Of a stretch of 64,000 bases of DNA, positions 24,742 to 37,400 are shown piece by piece (the first letter of the stretch is position 1; each line of letters starts with the position of its first letter). This stretch comes from Eledone cirrhosa (lineage: Eukaryota): positions 48,794,001 through 48,858,000 of the forward strand of contig OZ024750.1 in NCBI GenBank assembly GCA_964016885.1, given 5' to 3'. The notes beneath the pieces were generated by a model. It was not told the DNA's origin. It searched no databases and worked only from the letters and a program-made list of their open reading frames with translations. Both the position numbers and the translations under genes were made by a program.

Positions 24742-25039
24742 ATCTAAATAGCACCATAGTGTTGTATATATATTGAATTAGTAGCGCCTAAACACGTGAT
24801 CGTTTACACATACGCACATTATATATTGATATGTATGTATGTTCTTCTGGTTTTGTAATTTCGCAAATGTTTGCCAATAGAGGGAGTGTCGGCTTATAAC
24901 ATAGACACAATACTCTGTCATTGGATTTTACACAACATCAACTCGGTGGATATGCGGATGTTATTGTATGTGTGTATGTGTATGTTTTGAGTTGTATGTG
25001 TGCATGTAAACATGCTATGTATCCGTACATGTGTATATG

Positions 25040-25455
25040 CAGTTATTAGATGCAGAATTTTAGAATGCTTTACATATGTTTACTCTTCCATTAATGGGTT
25101 GTACTTGTAATTTCCTAGCTAGCTGTGTTCTTTCTGTTCCTGTAGCCCAGCCTCTCAAAGTGTGTACTGAGGCAGTTACTAACATATCCCAGTGCCCACA
25201 AATCACCAGCATAAAACTGGAGGGGTAATCAGGCTGGATTATCTGTAGGTTTCTCATTAGTTCAGCATACATATTCTCCTTTTCGCTAATCAATGATATT
25301 ATATTGGCACCTGCCTTCTTTTCCCTGTCCCATATCATTGTATCTGGTCTGTTATGCCTGCATTATTTTGGGGTTTTTACTGGAACGTTCCACTAGTACT
25401 CTTTGATATTATATATGTGTATGTCTTCCACCTTGCTGTAGCATTTAATGTGTTT
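25040..25455 (-). mobile_element. 3' fragment of a second RLE-type (R4-like) non-LTR element
   Basis: WNVPVKT...HNRPDTMIWDREKK...EKENMYAEL, a decayed restriction-like endonuclease. Confidence 0.75.
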
Positions 25456-25467
25456 ATTTAATGTCTG

Positions 25468-25500
<33 letters not shown>

Positions 25501-25540
25501 TGTATGTATGTATGTATGTATGTATGTATGTATGTATGTA

Positions 25541-26100
25541 TCTCATGGTCGGGTCGTTGGCGACTAAACTGGCAACCCCACCAATGTTTCTTGGTGAGGA
25601 GGGTGACTTTGGACATCCTGCAGGACTAAAAACAAAACCTGTCAAAGGGCAAGGGAGCTCTTAAGAGTCAATAGCCATCCAAAATCATTGGGAGAGATGA
25701 CCCCTTAGCCTTTGTCAAGGCAGAATTCTAGGAGAAGGAAAACTCTGATATAACACCTGCAACCCTGATGGTATCCAATGATGTTGACTTGTTCTTCTTT
25801 TTGGTAAATATCATCTTGGTTAAGAGAGTGGGACTGGCTTTGTGCAGTGCCTTTGCACACTATAAAAGCTTCACAGCACAGGCATTGCTTTATATCTGGA
25901 GATCTCTCTGCACTTGTCATCACATGGTACCATGGGCCCTGCACTATGTGTCAATAATGGTCACAAGTGTAGTCTTTGTACCAGAGTTTTCAAGTCGCTG
26001 GCTGGACTAAAAAGTCACATTCGTTCAGCGCATCGGTAGGGGTTCTCCTACATGGATATAAAGTAGTGGCCGTACTCGAAAACGAGTTGGCAGCCACCAT
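25541..26100 (+). mobile_element. Bipartite non-autonomous RTE derivative (560 bp) flanked by (GTAT)n
   Basis: The 5' part aligns with 27040-27252 (ctaggagaagg, gatgttga, gagagtggga, gcacaggcattgc). The 3' part reads CSLCTRVFKSLAGLKSHIRSAHR* and ends GGCCGTACTCGAAAACGAG..GGCAGCCACCAT, like 31341-31373. Confidence 0.9.
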
Positions 26101-26985
26101 GTATGTATGTATGTTACCCTATCGAGACTAAAGTCATCGACCTGTTGTCAAACTCTCTACTCTCTGATGAATGTATATATATATATGTGTGTGTATGTAT
26201 ATGTGTGTATATACATCACTCAGTCAAACAACCAGATTTCAACCCCAACATCTACAACAACAACAACACCGGCACTAATGTTTACAGCAACAACAGCTTC
26301 AGAATGAACTGAAATGAACATTTACAACAATTACAACAACAACAACAACAGCGGCATCAAAACATAAAAAAAGGAAGGGAAAAGAAAAAAGAAAAAAGAA
26401 AAAGGGAAGGGGAAAAAAAAAAAAAAAAAAAAGGAGGAAAAAAAAAAGAAAGGAAAAAAAAAAAAAAAAACTCAAAATAACAAAACACAAACACACACAC
26501 ACACACACACACACACAACAGAACAACAACATCAACTGCCACCACCACCACCACCGCCACCGCCGTCGCCATCACCATCACCAGCGACCTTAAGAACAAC
26601 TTTAATAATAATTTTTCTGCTTTTGGCACGGATCCAGCGACTGGCCCAGCGCATCACTGGTACTCTCTTTTGTTGACTCCGTGGAGAGCCATAACTCTAT
26701 GCTGTAAAGCAATTATAGTAATACTGGACTGTAATACGATCGGCTTCAACTATACAAACTCTTGAAAGTCAACAGTTGACATAATCTGGTAATCTTGTAT
26801 CAGTAATGACGGTAATATATATATATATATGTGTGTGTGTGCGTGTAAGTGAGTAGAGTAGCGTGTGTGTGTGTTTGTTGTGTGTGTGAGTGTTGCTGTG
26901 TGCACGCATATGTGTGCGTGTGTGTGTATGTCGTACGTATAAGTGTCAATAAGCAATTTTTTTTTTTTTTTTTTTTTTGCGCGGG

Positions 26986-27119
26986 GACATAGAAATAATC
27001 GGGCTGGATGCCCGATCGCGCAGTTAAGCCACTGGGAGTGAAGAACCCCTAGCCCATGTCAGGGTATTCTTCTAGGAGAAGGCATCTCAGGAAACTGGGT
27101 TAACTCCGATATAAAACCT
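26986..27119 (+). ncRNA. Structured 5' leader of the RTE element (HDV-like topology plus downstream pseudoknot)
   Basis: GACATAG/CCATGTC, hairpin ATCGGG/CCCGAT, GAAGAA/TTCTTC, CC/GG, then a GGAG/CTCC stem whose loop AGG is complementary to CCT at 27117-27119. Confidence 0.5.
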
Positions 27120-27281
27120 GCGGCTCAGTAGTTACCGATGATGTTGATCTTTTCTTCTTTTCGGGTTATAGCTACTGTCGCTCAGAGAGTGGGATTGGTT
27201 CAGTGCACAGTCTTTCCTCACTTTAAAAATATTCGTCACGCACAGGCATTGCACGAGTGCATTAATAATTATTAATAGTGT

Positions 27282-27319
<38 letters not shown>

Positions 27320-27367
27320 TATTATTACTTCTTTTTTTTTTTTTTTTTTTTTTTTTTTTCCAATTCA

Positions 27368-30300
27368 ATGATGTTCCGGAACAATGTAAACGAGATAATT
27401 GCCAATTTGGGTTCTGGAACAAAAGGGATCATTGGCAATAAGGGCAGGGGCCCCAAGTTATCACAACCTGGGCCCGCCCGTCATCGTGCCATTGTAATAG
27501 AGCCAAACAGGGCACTTAGTCTTGGCTGCTGGAACGTACGGACGCTGCTTGACGGGGATTCTTTGGAGCGTCCTGAACGAAGGACCGCTCTTGTTGCGAA
27601 GGAGCTTCGACGTTACGATCTTGACATCGTGGCTTTGTCTGAGACGAGGTTAGCTGGAGATGGTCATCTTACGGAATTTTGTGGAGAATATACATTCTTC
27701 TGGAAAGGAAGAGATGAAGGAACCAGAAGAGAGGCTGGGGTAGGATTTGCTGTTAAGACTGTACTGGTGAATAAATTAGAAGAATTCCCAGTGGGGATTA
27801 GTGAGCGTCTTATGTCCATGAGAGTTCCGCTGGACAAGGGAAGATATGCTACCCTGGTGAGTGTGTATGCTCCAACTATGAATTCTGTCGATGAAGAAAA
27901 ACTGTCCTTTTACCATGCCTTGAAAGGTGTTTTAAGAAATATCCCTCAGGCAGACAAAGTCATCGTGCTTGGTGACTTTAATGCTAGAGTGGGTAGGGAT
28001 TTTAACACATGGAATGTAATCGGAAGGCATGGGGTGGGAAAGTGTAACAGCAATGGTATGCTCTTGCTGCAGATGTGTGAGGAGCTGGATCTGTGTGTTA
28101 CCAACACCATGTTCCAACAAAAGAACAAATTCAAGACCACATGGATGCATCCTGCATCTAAGGAATGGCATCTTTTGGACTACGTCCTAGTCAGGATGCG
28201 TGACAGACAGGATGTGCAGTGTGTTCGTGTTCTTCGTGGAGCTGAGTGCTGGACGGACCACCGCCTGGTACGCGCAAAAGTGAATCTAATCACCAGACGT
28301 AAAATCCGGGCTCCTGGTGTTATCCTGCCCAAAAGATTGAATGCTGCTCGTCTTAAGGATAAAAATGTGAAGAGGACATTGGAAGAAGAGATGCAGGCTG
28401 CAGATCTTGGTGAGGATTGGCCGACCCTTAAAAAGTCGGGTTATGATGTAGGCAGACGTGTTCTGGGATTGGTGCAGAGAAAACATCAGGACTGGTTTGA
28501 TGAGAAAGATGTGCATATAGATGACTTGTTGGCTGATAAGAGGCGCGCTCTGTCACGCTACTTGACGGCAAAACCACGGGAGAGGAATACGTTGCATGAG
28601 GAGCTCAGGGATGTAAAATCACGTGTTAGGCGGAGTCTTTCTCAGATGAAGGATCAGTGGTGGAGTGAGAAGGCTGGTGAGATACAAACTGCGTCTGATT
28701 GCAATAACACAAAGCTGTTGTACAGTCTCTTGCGTGAGGTTTATGGACCGTCTTCTTCTCTGGTGACACCGATTCGCAGCAGGGATGGCAAAGAACTTCT
28801 TCGTGACTCACAGGGAATTCTACGAAGGTGGCGAGAGCACTTTGATGATCTTTTGAATCAGCCGTCTGTCGTCAGTGAAGATTTCCTCAATCTCATTCCG
28901 GAAAGTCCTGTGAAAGTAGCTCTCGCAGAACCTCCGACACTTGTGGAGGTTGCAGTGGCTATTTCGAAGCTGAACAGTGGAAGATCTCCAGGTATGGATG
29001 GCATACATGCTGAGCTCCTACAATATGGTGGTGAGAGACTCCTGCAACATCTTCACTCTCTGTTTGGAGGGATATGGGCTAATGAATCCGTGCCTGAGGA
29101 CTGGAGAGATGCGGTAATGGTGGTCTTGTACAAGGGAAAGGGTAACAGGAATGATTGTGGGAACTACAGAGGTATATCATTGCTTTCTGTCGTGGGGAAA
29201 GTTTTATGTAGGGTGCTTCTGGACCGTCTGCTGACACACATTGCAGATTGTGTCCTTCCTGAAAGTCAATCTGGTTTTCGTGTTGGACGCGGCACTACTG
29301 ATATGATCTTCTCAGCTAGACAGCTCCAGGAGAAGTGCATTGAACAGGGCTTGGATCTGTATCAGGTTTTTGTCGATCTGACAAAGGCTTTCGATACTGT
29401 CAACAGAGATGCATTATGGAAGGTTCTCCAGAAACTTGGTTGCCCTGATAAGTTCCTTGCTTTAGTTAGGTCTTTCCATGACGACATGAAGGCTTGGGTC
29501 AATGTCGGAGGTAACATGTCGGAGCCTATCTCAGTAAAAAATGGAGTGAAACAGGGGGATATTCCAGCACCGACCCTGTTTGCCATATACTTTGCAATGG
29601 TTTTCTGTATTGCATTCAGGAATTGCGAGCATGGTGTTTACATCCGATATCGAACCTCAGGCAGCATATTTAACATCAGGCGCTTTGCTGCGAAGACAAA
29701 GGTATTTACATCAGTCATAAGAGACCTCTTGTATGCAGATGATTGCGATCTTGTAGCGCACACAGAGAGTGATATGCAGCACATTTTGAATGTATTTTCT
29801 GACGCTTGCACTGCCCTGGGTTTGACTGTCAGTCTCAAGAAAACCGTCGTCATGTACCAACCTGCACCTGGTGGGCAGTACACTGAACCAAACATCTATG
29901 TGTATGGCAAACGACTTGGAGTGGTTGATCAGTTTGTCTACCTGGGAAGCACTGTCAATCGATACGGCAACCTTGACGGTGAAATCTCACTTAGGATTAG
30001 GAAAGCAAGTGATGCTTTCGGAAAGCTAGAAAGGCGACTCTGGGGTCGGCGAGACATATGCAGGAGGACAAAGGTAAAGGTGTACAGGGCATGTGTACTC
30101 TCTTGTCTTCTTTATGCCTGCGAGACCTGGGTCACATATCGACGCCACCTTAAGCAATTGGAGCGTTTCCATCAGATGTGTCTCAGACGGATACATGGCG
30201 TTCGCTGGAGGGACCACATCAGTGATGTCGAGATTTTGGAAAGCTCTATGTGTGACAGTATAGAAGCTCTTGTGCTTAAGCAGCGACTCCGTTGGAGTGG

Positions 30301-30913
30301 TCACCTTGCCAGGATGAAGGATTCTAGAATACCAAAACAACTCTTCTATGGAGAGTTGGTTAAAGGAAAACGACCGCCACATAAACCAAAAAAGAGGTAT
30401 AAGGATTCCTTGAAGGCCTCTCTGAAAGACGCTAACATCTCTGCTGATACATGGGAAAATATTGCTGCTGATCGTAATAAATGGAGAAAGACTGTATATG
30501 AGGGAAAAGTTGCCTTTGAGGCATCTCGAATCGCACACGAGAAAGTAAAGCGGGACGTGAGGAAGGGTATTGCTGTTGCACTTCCAGACGGCGAGGGTCC
30601 TCCTATGTTTCTGACATGCAGCGTCTGTGCGAGACTCTGCCTAAGCAAAGCTGGACTCGAAAGTCATCTTCGCAGTCATAAAGTAAGACCAGTGGTTGAC
30701 TACCAGGCTGCTGTTGGAGATGCTACTCATCATGCTTGCCAAACATGTGGTAGAGAATGTAAATCAGCAGGAGGACTCAAGCGACATGCAAAAGTACACG
30801 AACTCCAACCACAGCCGACTATTCCCAGTAAATGTTTTGGTTGCCGACTCTGTGCAAGACATTTTAGATCATTGGCTGGGCTAAAAAGCCACATTCGATC
30901 GCAGCACTGTTAG
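27368..30913 (+). CDS. RTE LINE polyprotein, 1181 aa: APE endonuclease, reverse transcriptase and three C2H2 zinc fingers
   Basis: Uninterrupted ORF. EN motifs WNVRTL, LSETR, VYAP, GDFNA, LDY, TDH; RT motifs NYRGISL, QSGFR, DLTKAFD, GVKQG, YADD, YLGS; fingers CSVC..HLRSH, CQTC..HAKVH, CRLC..HIRSQH. Confidence 0.96.
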   Translation: MMFRNNVNEIIANLGSGTKGIIGNKGRGPKLSQPGPARHRAIVIEPNRALSLGCWNVRTLLDGDSLERPERRTALVAKELRRYDLDIVALSETRLAGDGHLTEFCGEYTFFWKGRDEGTRREAGVGFAVKTVLVNKLEEFPVGISERLMSMRVPLDKGRYATLVSVYAPTMNSVDEEKLSFYHALKGVLRNIPQADKVIVLGDFNARVGRDFNTWNVIGRHGVGKCNSNGMLLLQMCEELDLCVTNTMFQQKNKFKTTWMHPASKEWHLLDYVLVRMRDRQDVQCVRVLRGAECWTDHRLVRAKVNLITRRKIRAPGVILPKRLNAARLKDKNVKRTLEEEMQAADLGEDWPTLKKSGYDVGRRVLGLVQRKHQDWFDEKDVHIDDLLADKRRALSRYLTAKPRERNTLHEELRDVKSRVRRSLSQMKDQWWSEKAGEIQTASDCNNTKLLYSLLREVYGPSSSLVTPIRSRDGKELLRDSQGILRRWREHFDDLLNQPSVVSEDFLNLIPESPVKVALAEPPTLVEVAVAISKLNSGRSPGMDGIHAELLQYGGERLLQHLHSLFGGIWANESVPEDWRDAVMVVLYKGKGNRNDCGNYRGISLLSVVGKVLCRVLLDRLLTHIADCVLPESQSGFRVGRGTTDMIFSARQLQEKCIEQGLDLYQVFVDLTKAFDTVNRDALWKVLQKLGCPDKFLALVRSFHDDMKAWVNVGGNMSEPISVKNGVKQGDIPAPTLFAIYFAMVFCIAFRNCEHGVYIRYRTSGSIFNIRRFAAKTKVFTSVIRDLLYADDCDLVAHTESDMQHILNVFSDACTALGLTVSLKKTVVMYQPAPGGQYTEPNIYVYGKRLGVVDQFVYLGSTVNRYGNLDGEISLRIRKASDAFGKLERRLWGRRDICRRTKVKVYRACVLSCLLYACETWVTYRRHLKQLERFHQMCLRRIHGVRWRDHISDVEILESSMCDSIEALVLKQRLRWSGHLARMKDSRIPKQLFYGELVKGKRPPHKPKKRYKDSLKASLKDANISADTWENIAADRNKWRKTVYEGKVAFEASRIAHEKVKRDVRKGIAVALPDGEGPPMFLTCSVCARLCLSKAGLESHLRSHKVRPVVDYQAAVGDATHHACQTCGRECKSAGGLKRHAKVHELQPQPTIPSKCFGCRLCARHFRSLAGLKSHIRSQHC

Positions 30914-30921
30914 TTGCTATC

Positions 30922-30959
<38 letters not shown>

Positions 30960-31038
30960 GCTTATGTGCGTGCGTGTGTGTGTATATATATATGAATATG
31001 TATATTATTATTGTTGTTGTCGTTATTATTATTATTGC

Positions 31039-31078
<40 letters not shown>

Positions 31079-31198
31079 GTTATTAATGTATGTGTGTATA
31101 TATGTGTGAGTGTATGTGTATGTATGTGTGTGTGTATATATGTATGTATGTGTATGTATGTGTGTGTATATGTATGTGTATGTATATATATGTGTATA

Positions 31199-31235
<37 letters not shown>

Positions 31236-31265
31236 CTTTTCCCTTTTTTTTTTTTTTTTTTTTTT

Positions 31266-31307
<42 letters not shown>

Positions 31308-31469
31308 TTTTTTTTTTTTTTTTTTTTTTTTTTGTGCAATGGCCATACTCGATAACGAGGGGGCAGCCATCATGTATGTATGTATGTATGTATGTATGTA
31401 TGTTCGTGTGTTTGTAAGGATTTGTATGTATAAATGCTTTATGTTTGTAGGCGTGAGCGTATGAATGTA

Positions 31470-34400
31470 TATGCACTCATGTATCAGTATGTATGTATGT
31501 ACATGTACCCGTGTATCAGTATGTATGTATGTACATGTACCCGTGTATCAGTATGTATGTATGTAATGTACCCGTGTATCAGTATGTATGTATGTACATG
31601 TACCCGTGTATCAGAATGTGTGTATGTACATGTACCCGTGTATCAGTATGTATGTATGTACATGTACCCGTGTATCAGAATGTGTGTATGTACATGTACC
31701 CGTGTATCAGTATGTATGTACATGTACCCGTGTATCAGTATGTATGTATGTACATGTACCCGTGTATCAGTATGTATGTACATGTACCCGTGTATCAGTA
31801 TGTATGTATGTACATGTACCCGTGTATCAGTATGTATGTGCATGTACCCGTGTATCAGTATGTATGTATGTACATGTACCCGTGTATCAGTATGTATGTA
31901 TGTACATGTACCCGTGTATCAGTATGTATGTATGTACATGTACCCGTGTATCAGTATGTATGTATATGTACCCGTGCATCAGTATGTATGTGCATGTACT
32001 CGTGTATCAGTTTGTATGTATGTACATGTACCCGTGTATCAGTATGTATGTACATGTACCCGTGTATCAGTATGTATGTATGTACATGTACCCGTGTATC
32101 AGTATGTATGTATGTACATGTACCCGTGTATCAGTATGTATGTATGTACATGTACCCGTGTATCAGTATGTATGAATGTACATGTACCCGTGTATCAATA
32201 TGTATGTATGTACATGTACTCGTGTATCAGTATGTATGTATGTACATGTACCCGTGTATCAGTATGTATGTATGTACATGTACCCGTGTATCAGTATGTA
32301 TGTACATGTACCTGTGTATCAGTATGTATGTATGTACATGTACCCGTGTATCATTATGTATGTATGTACATGTACCCGTGTATCAGTATGTATGTACATG
32401 TACCCGTGTATCAATATGTATGTATGTACATGTACTCGTGTATCAGTATGTATGTACATGTACCCGTGAATCAGTATGTATGTACATGTACCCGTGTATC
32501 AGTATGTATGTATGTACATGTACTCGTGTAATAGTATGTATGTATGTAGATGTACCCGTGTATCAGTATGTATGTATGTACATGTACCCGTGTATCAGTA
32601 TGTATGTATGTAGATGTACCCGTGTATCAGTATGTATGTATGTACATGTACCCGGGTATCAGTATGTATGTATGTACATGTACCCGTGTATCAGTATGTA
32701 TGTATGTACATGTACCCGTGTATCAGTATGTATGTATGTACATGTACCCGTGTATCAGAATGTATGTATGTACATGTACCCGTTTATCAGTATGTATGTA
32801 TGTACATGTACCCGTGTATCACTATGTATGTATGTACATGTACCCGTGTATCAGTATGTATGTATGTACATGTACCCGTGTATCAGTATGTATGTATGTA
32901 CATGCACCCGTGTATCAGTATGTATGTATGTACATGTACCCGTGTATCAGTATGTATGTATGTACATGTACCCGTGTATCAGTATGTATGTACATGTATT
33001 CGTGTATCAGTATGTATGTATGTACATGTACCCGTGTACCAGTATGTATGTATGTACATGTACCCGTGTATCAGTATGTATGTATGTACATGTACCCGTG
33101 TATCAGTATGTATGTACATGTACCCGTGTACCAGTATGTATGTATGTACATGTACCCGTGTATCAGTATGTATATATGTACATGTACTCGTGTACCAGTA
33201 TGTATGTATGTACATGTACCCGTGTATCAGTATGTATGTATGTACATGCACCCGTGTATCCGTATGTATGTATGTACATGTACCCGTGTATCAGTATGTA
33301 TGTATGTACATGTACCCGTGTATCAGTATGTATGTACATGTACCCGTGTATCAGTATGTATGTACATGTACTCGTGTATCAGTATGTATGTATGTACATG
33401 CACCCGTGTATCAGTATGTATGTATGTACATGTACCCGTGTATCAGTATGTATGTACATGTACTCGTATATCAGTATGTATGTATGTACATGTACCCGTG
33501 TATCAGTATGTATGTACATGTACCCGTGTATCAGCATGTATGCATGAACATGTACCCGTGTATCAGTATGTATGTACATGTACCCGTGTATCAGTATGTA
33601 TGTATGTACATGTACTCGTGTATCAGTATGTATGTATATACATGTACCCGTGTATCAGTATGTATGTACATGTACCCGTCTAGCAGTATATATGTACATG
33701 TACCCGTGTATCAGTATGTATGTATGTACATGTACGCGTGTATCAGTTTGTATGTATGTACATGTACCCGTGTATCAGTATGTATGTACATGTACCCGTG
33801 TATCAGTATGTATGTATGTACATGTACCCGTGTATCAGTATGTATGTATGTACATGTACCCGTGTATCAGTATGTATGTACATGTACCCGTGTATCAGTA
33901 TGTATGTATGTACATGTACCCGAGTATCAGTATGTGTGTATGTACATGTACTCGTGTATCAGCATGTATGTACATGTACCTCTGTATCAGTATGTATGTA
34001 CATGTACCCGTGTATCAGTATGCATGTACATGTACCCGTGTATCAGTATGTATGTATGTACATGTACCCGTGCATCAGTATGTATGCATGTACATGTACA
34101 AGTGTATCAGTATGTGTGTATGTACATGTACTCGTGTATCAGTATGTATGTATGTACACGTACTCGTATACCAGTATGTATGTATGTACATGTACCCGTG
34201 TACCAGTATGTATGTATGTACATGTACCAGTGTATCAGTATGTATGTATGTACATGTACCCTTGTATCAGTATGTATGTATGTACATGTACCCGTGTATC
34301 AGTATGTATGTACATGTACCCGTGTATCAGTATGTATGTATGTAATGTACCCGTGTATCAGTATGTATGTATGTACATGTACCCGTGTATCAGAATGTGT

Positions 34401-37400
34401 GTATGTACATGTACCCGTGTATCAGTATGTATGTATGTACATGTACCCGTGTATCAGAATGTGTGTATGTACATGTACCCGTGTATCAGTATGTATGTAC
34501 ATGTACCCGTGTATCAGTATGTATGTATGTACATGTACCCGTGTATCAGTATGTATGTACATGTACCCGTGTATCAGTATGTATGTATGTACATGTACCC
34601 GTGTATCAGTATGTATGTGCATGTACCCGTGTATCAGTATGTATGTATGTACATGTACCCGTGTATCAGTATGTATGTATGTACATGTACCCGTGTATCA
34701 GTATGTATGTATGTACATGTACCCGTGTATCAGTATGTATGTATATGTACCCGTGCATCAGTATGTATGTGCATGTACTCGTGTATCAGTTTGTATGTAT
34801 GTACATGTACCCGTGTATCAGTATGTATGTACATGTACCCGTGTATCAGTATGTATGTATGTACATGTACCCGTGTATCAGTATGTATGTATGTACATGT
34901 ACCCGTGTATCAGTATGTATGTATGTACATGTACCCGTGTATCAGTATGTATGAATGTACATGTACCCGTGTATCAATATGTATGTATGTACATGTACTC
35001 GTGTATCAGTATGTATGTATGTACATGTACCCGTGTATCAGTATGTATGTATGTACATGTACCCGTGTATCAGTATGTATGTACATGTACCTGTGTATCA
35101 GTATGTATGTATGTACATGTACCCGTGTATCATTATGTATGTATGTACATGTACCCGTGTATCAGTATGTATGTACATGTACCCGTGTATCAATATGTAT
35201 GTATGTACATGTACTCGTGTATCAGTATGTATGTACATGTACCCGTGAATCAGTATGTATGTACATGTACCCGTGTATCAGTATGTATGTATGTACATGT
35301 ACTCGTGTAATAGTATGTATGTATGTAGATGTACCCGTGTATCAGTATGTATGTATGTACATGTACCCGTGTATCAGTATGTATGTATGTAGATGTACCC
35401 GTGTATCAGTATGTATGTATGTACATGTACCCGGGTATCAGTATGTATGTATGTACATGTACCCGTGTATCAGTATGTATGTATGTACATGTACCCGTGT
35501 ATCAGTATGTATGTATGTACATGTACCCGTGTATCAGAATGTATGTATGTACATGTACCCGTTTATCAGTATGTATGTATGTACATGTACCCGTGTATCA
35601 CTATGTATGTATGTACATGTACCCGTGTATCAGTATGTATGTATGTACATGTACCCGTGTATCAGTATGTATGTATGTACATGCACCCGTGTATCAGTAT
35701 GTATGTATGTACATGTACCCGTGTATCAGTATGTATGTATGTACATGTACCCGTGTATCAGTATGTATGTACATGTATTCGTGTATCAGTATGTATGTAT
35801 GTACATGTACCCGTGTACCAGTATGTATGTATGTACATGTACCCGTGTATCAGTATGTATGTATGTACATGTACCCGTGTATCAGTATGTATGTACATGT
35901 ACCCGTGTACCAGTATGTATGTATGTACATGTACCCGTGTATCAGTATGTATATATGTACATGTACTCGTGTACCAGTATGTATGTATGTACATGTACCC
36001 GTGTATCAGTATGTATGTATGTACATGCACCCGTGTATCCGTATGTATGTATGTACATGTACCCGTGTATCAGTATGTATGTACATGTACCCGTGTATCA
36101 GTATGTATGTACATGTACCCGTGTATCAGTATGTATGTACATGTACTCGTGTATCAGTATGTATGTATGTACATGTACCCGTGTATCAGTATGTATATAT
36201 GTACATGTACTCGTGTACCAGTATGTATATACATGTACCCGTGTATCAGTATGTATGTATGTACATGCACCCGTGTATCCGTATGTATGTATGTACATGT
36301 ACCCGTGTATCAGTATGTATGTATGTACATGTACCCGTGTATCAGTATGTATGTACATGTACCCGTGTATCAGTATGTATGTACATGTACTCGTGTATCA
36401 GTATGTATGTATGTACATGCACCCGTGTATCAGTATGTATGTATGTACATGTACCCGTGTATCAGTATGTATGTACATGTACTCGTATATCAGTATGTAT
36501 GTATGTACATGTACCCGTGTGTCAGTATGTATGTACATGTACCCGCGTATCAGTATGTATGCATGAACATGTACCCGTGTATCAGTATGTATGTACATGT
36601 ACCCGTGTATCAGTATGTATGTATGTACATGTACTCGTGTATCAGTATGTATGTATATACATGTACTCGTGTATCAGTATGTATGTACATGTACCCGTCT
36701 AGCAGTATGTATGTACATGTACCCGTGTATCAGTATGTATGTATGTACATGTACCCGTGTATCAGTTTGTATGTATGTACATGTACCCGTGTATCAGTAT
36801 GTATGTACATGTACCCGTGTATCAGTATGTATGTATGTACATGTACCCGTGTATCAGTATGTATGTATGTACATGTACCCGTGTATCAGTATGTATGTAC
36901 ATGTACCCGTGTATCAGTATGTATGTATGTACATGTACCCGAGTATCAGTATGTGTGTATGTACATGTACTCGTGTATCAGCATGTATGTACATGTACCT
37001 CTGTATCAGTATGTATGTACATGTACCCGTGTATCAGTATGCATGTACATGTACCCGTGTATCAGTATGTATGTATGTACATGTACCCGTGTATCAGTAT
37101 GTATGCATGTACATGTACAAGTGTATCAGTATGTGTGTATGTACATGTACTCGTGTATCAGTATGTATGTATGTACACGTACTCGTATACCAGTATGTAT
37201 GTATGTACATGTACCCGTGTACCAGTATGTATGTATGTACATGTACCAGTGTATCAGTATGTATGTATGTACATGTACCCTTGTATCAGTATGTATGTAT
37301 GTACATGTACCCGTGTATCAGTATGTATGAATGTACATGTACTCGTGTACCAGTATGTATGTATGTACATGTACTCGTGTATCAGTATGTATGTACATGT

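Larger units (their letters stand above)
26979..31402 (+). mobile_element. Full-length RTE-clade LINE
   Basis: Structured 5' leader, intact ORF, 3' stem-loop GGCCATACTCGATAACGAG..GCAGCC at ~31341-31368 and a (GTAT)n tail. No TSD identified. Confidence 0.93.

Noticed and set aside
26360-26520. Irregular A/G-run block
   Set aside because: Low-complexity and possibly noisy consensus sequence; no interpretable structure.
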